Below, in pieces: positions 63,477 to 64,000 of a stretch of DNA of 64,000 nt. A program made the translations under genes and the position numbers. How positions within the stretch are numbered: the first letter of the stretch is position 1; each line of letters starts with the position of its first letter. The DNA comes from Candidatus Latescibacterota bacterium (GTDB lineage: Bacteria > JAAXHH01): assembly GCA_012270975.1 (NCBI GenBank), contig JAAXHH010000141.1, positions 343,089 to 407,088 on the forward strand, in the 5' to 3' direction. The notes beneath the pieces were generated by a model. The model was not told the origin of the DNA, did not search any database, and saw nothing but the letters and a program-made list of their open reading frames with translations.

Positions 63477-64000
63477 TCAATCCATCACCCTGAACGGACT
63501 GTTCCCGACTCCCGGCCAGATCCGTATCACACCCAGAGTCGCCCGGACGCCGATCCAGACTCCGGTCATCAACCAGATCCAGTCCAGGGCGTGAGGGCCG
63601 GCGAGCAGTCCGGCCGCACCCACGCCGGTGGCGAGGACCACGGCGTTCCTCAGGTACCGGTAGTCTCCCGAGCCCCAGTGCAGCCCGTCTGTGGCGAAGG
63701 CCAAGGCGTTAAGCGGTTGTACGACGACGGCGATGATCCAGGCGGAGTGGAAATAGGCTACCGCGGTCGTGGGTACGAGCAGATCGATGATGACCCCGCT
63801 CCCCAGCCACAGGACGAGGCCCAGAAGGCCACCCGACCACACGCTCCAATGGCACACGATGCGCGCCACTTTCCTGGCGCTCCTGATCCGGTCGCCGCCG
63901 AGGAAGTAGGCCACCAGACTCTGGCCCGTGACAGCCAAGGCGTCCAGCACGAATGTGCCGAACATCCACACCTGCCTGATCGCCTGGTGGGCGGCCCCGA
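63477..64000 (-). CDS. MATE family efflux transporter (DinF-like), 3' part only; gene continues beyond the right edge
   Basis: ..FVLDALAVTGQSLVAYFLG...AR... and ..QPLNALAFATDGLHWGSGDYRYL.. are typical of the C-terminal MATE half. The reading frame stays open to position 64000. Confidence 0.7.
   Translation of the reverse strand, partial: GAAHQAIRQVWMFGTFVLDALAVTGQSLVAYFLGGDRIRSARKVARIVCHWSVWSGGLLGLVLWLGSGVIIDLLVPTTAVAYFHSAWIIAVVVQPLNALAFATDGLHWGSGDYRYLRNAVVLATGVGAAGLLAGPHALDWIWLMTGVWIGVRATLGVIRIWPGVGNSPFRVMD

Overview
GC-rich bacterial chromosomal segment (by eye above 60% G+C, not computed). I call about 62 protein genes and one tRNA. I saw no rRNA and no CRISPR array. Left part (1-13 kb): a family III CoA-transferase fragment; a compact rrf2 / CysK-CysM-like / ThiS-MoaD-like / thrB operon; ftcD, RraA-like and OmpA-like genes; two tiny genes whose products end in Gly-Gly plus one residue; an MDR dehydrogenase; an enolase-superfamily gene; and an alpha/beta hydrolase. 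Centre (12.6-30.5 kb): a long minus-strand housekeeping block. It runs rimP-nusA-ylxQ-infB-DUF503-rbfA-ribF-rpsO-pnp-M16 peptidase-dut (no truB between rbfA and ribF), then tRNA-Arg(CCG), mtaB, rpsA, and rluB-scpB-scpA with an HNH gene. Right half (30.7-59.8 kb): metabolic and transport genes. These are mazG, uxaB-like, Zn-ADHs, ferritin-like, GDPD, ybbA/ybbP-like ABC plus tesA-like, sanA, kynureninase, Fe-ADH, GGT, TRAP dctQM, DUF362, three PhyH dioxygenases, two tandem NCS2 permease paralogs with an extra C-terminal domain, an amidohydrolase, an MR/MLE enolase and an HpcH aldolase. Three sharply AT-rich islands interrupt the GC-rich background. The first (about 8.3-9.35 kb) carries a phased TGTACA-box array. 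The second (56.35-56.83 kb) is purine-rich with three copies of a 15-bp palindrome. The third (59.8-61.7 kb) is a cassette-like insert bounded by a split direct repeat. It carries one AT-rich orphan gene whose C-terminus looks like a nucleoside 2-deoxyribosyltransferase/TIR-class domain. I rank that cassette as the best candidate for something undescribed, possibly a single-gene defence or nucleotide-targeting module. A degenerate serine recombinase abutting the tRNA-Arg 3' end is the only mobile-element trace. All function calls rest on motif recognition by eye in the supplied translations. No database search, GC calculation or structure prediction was possible.
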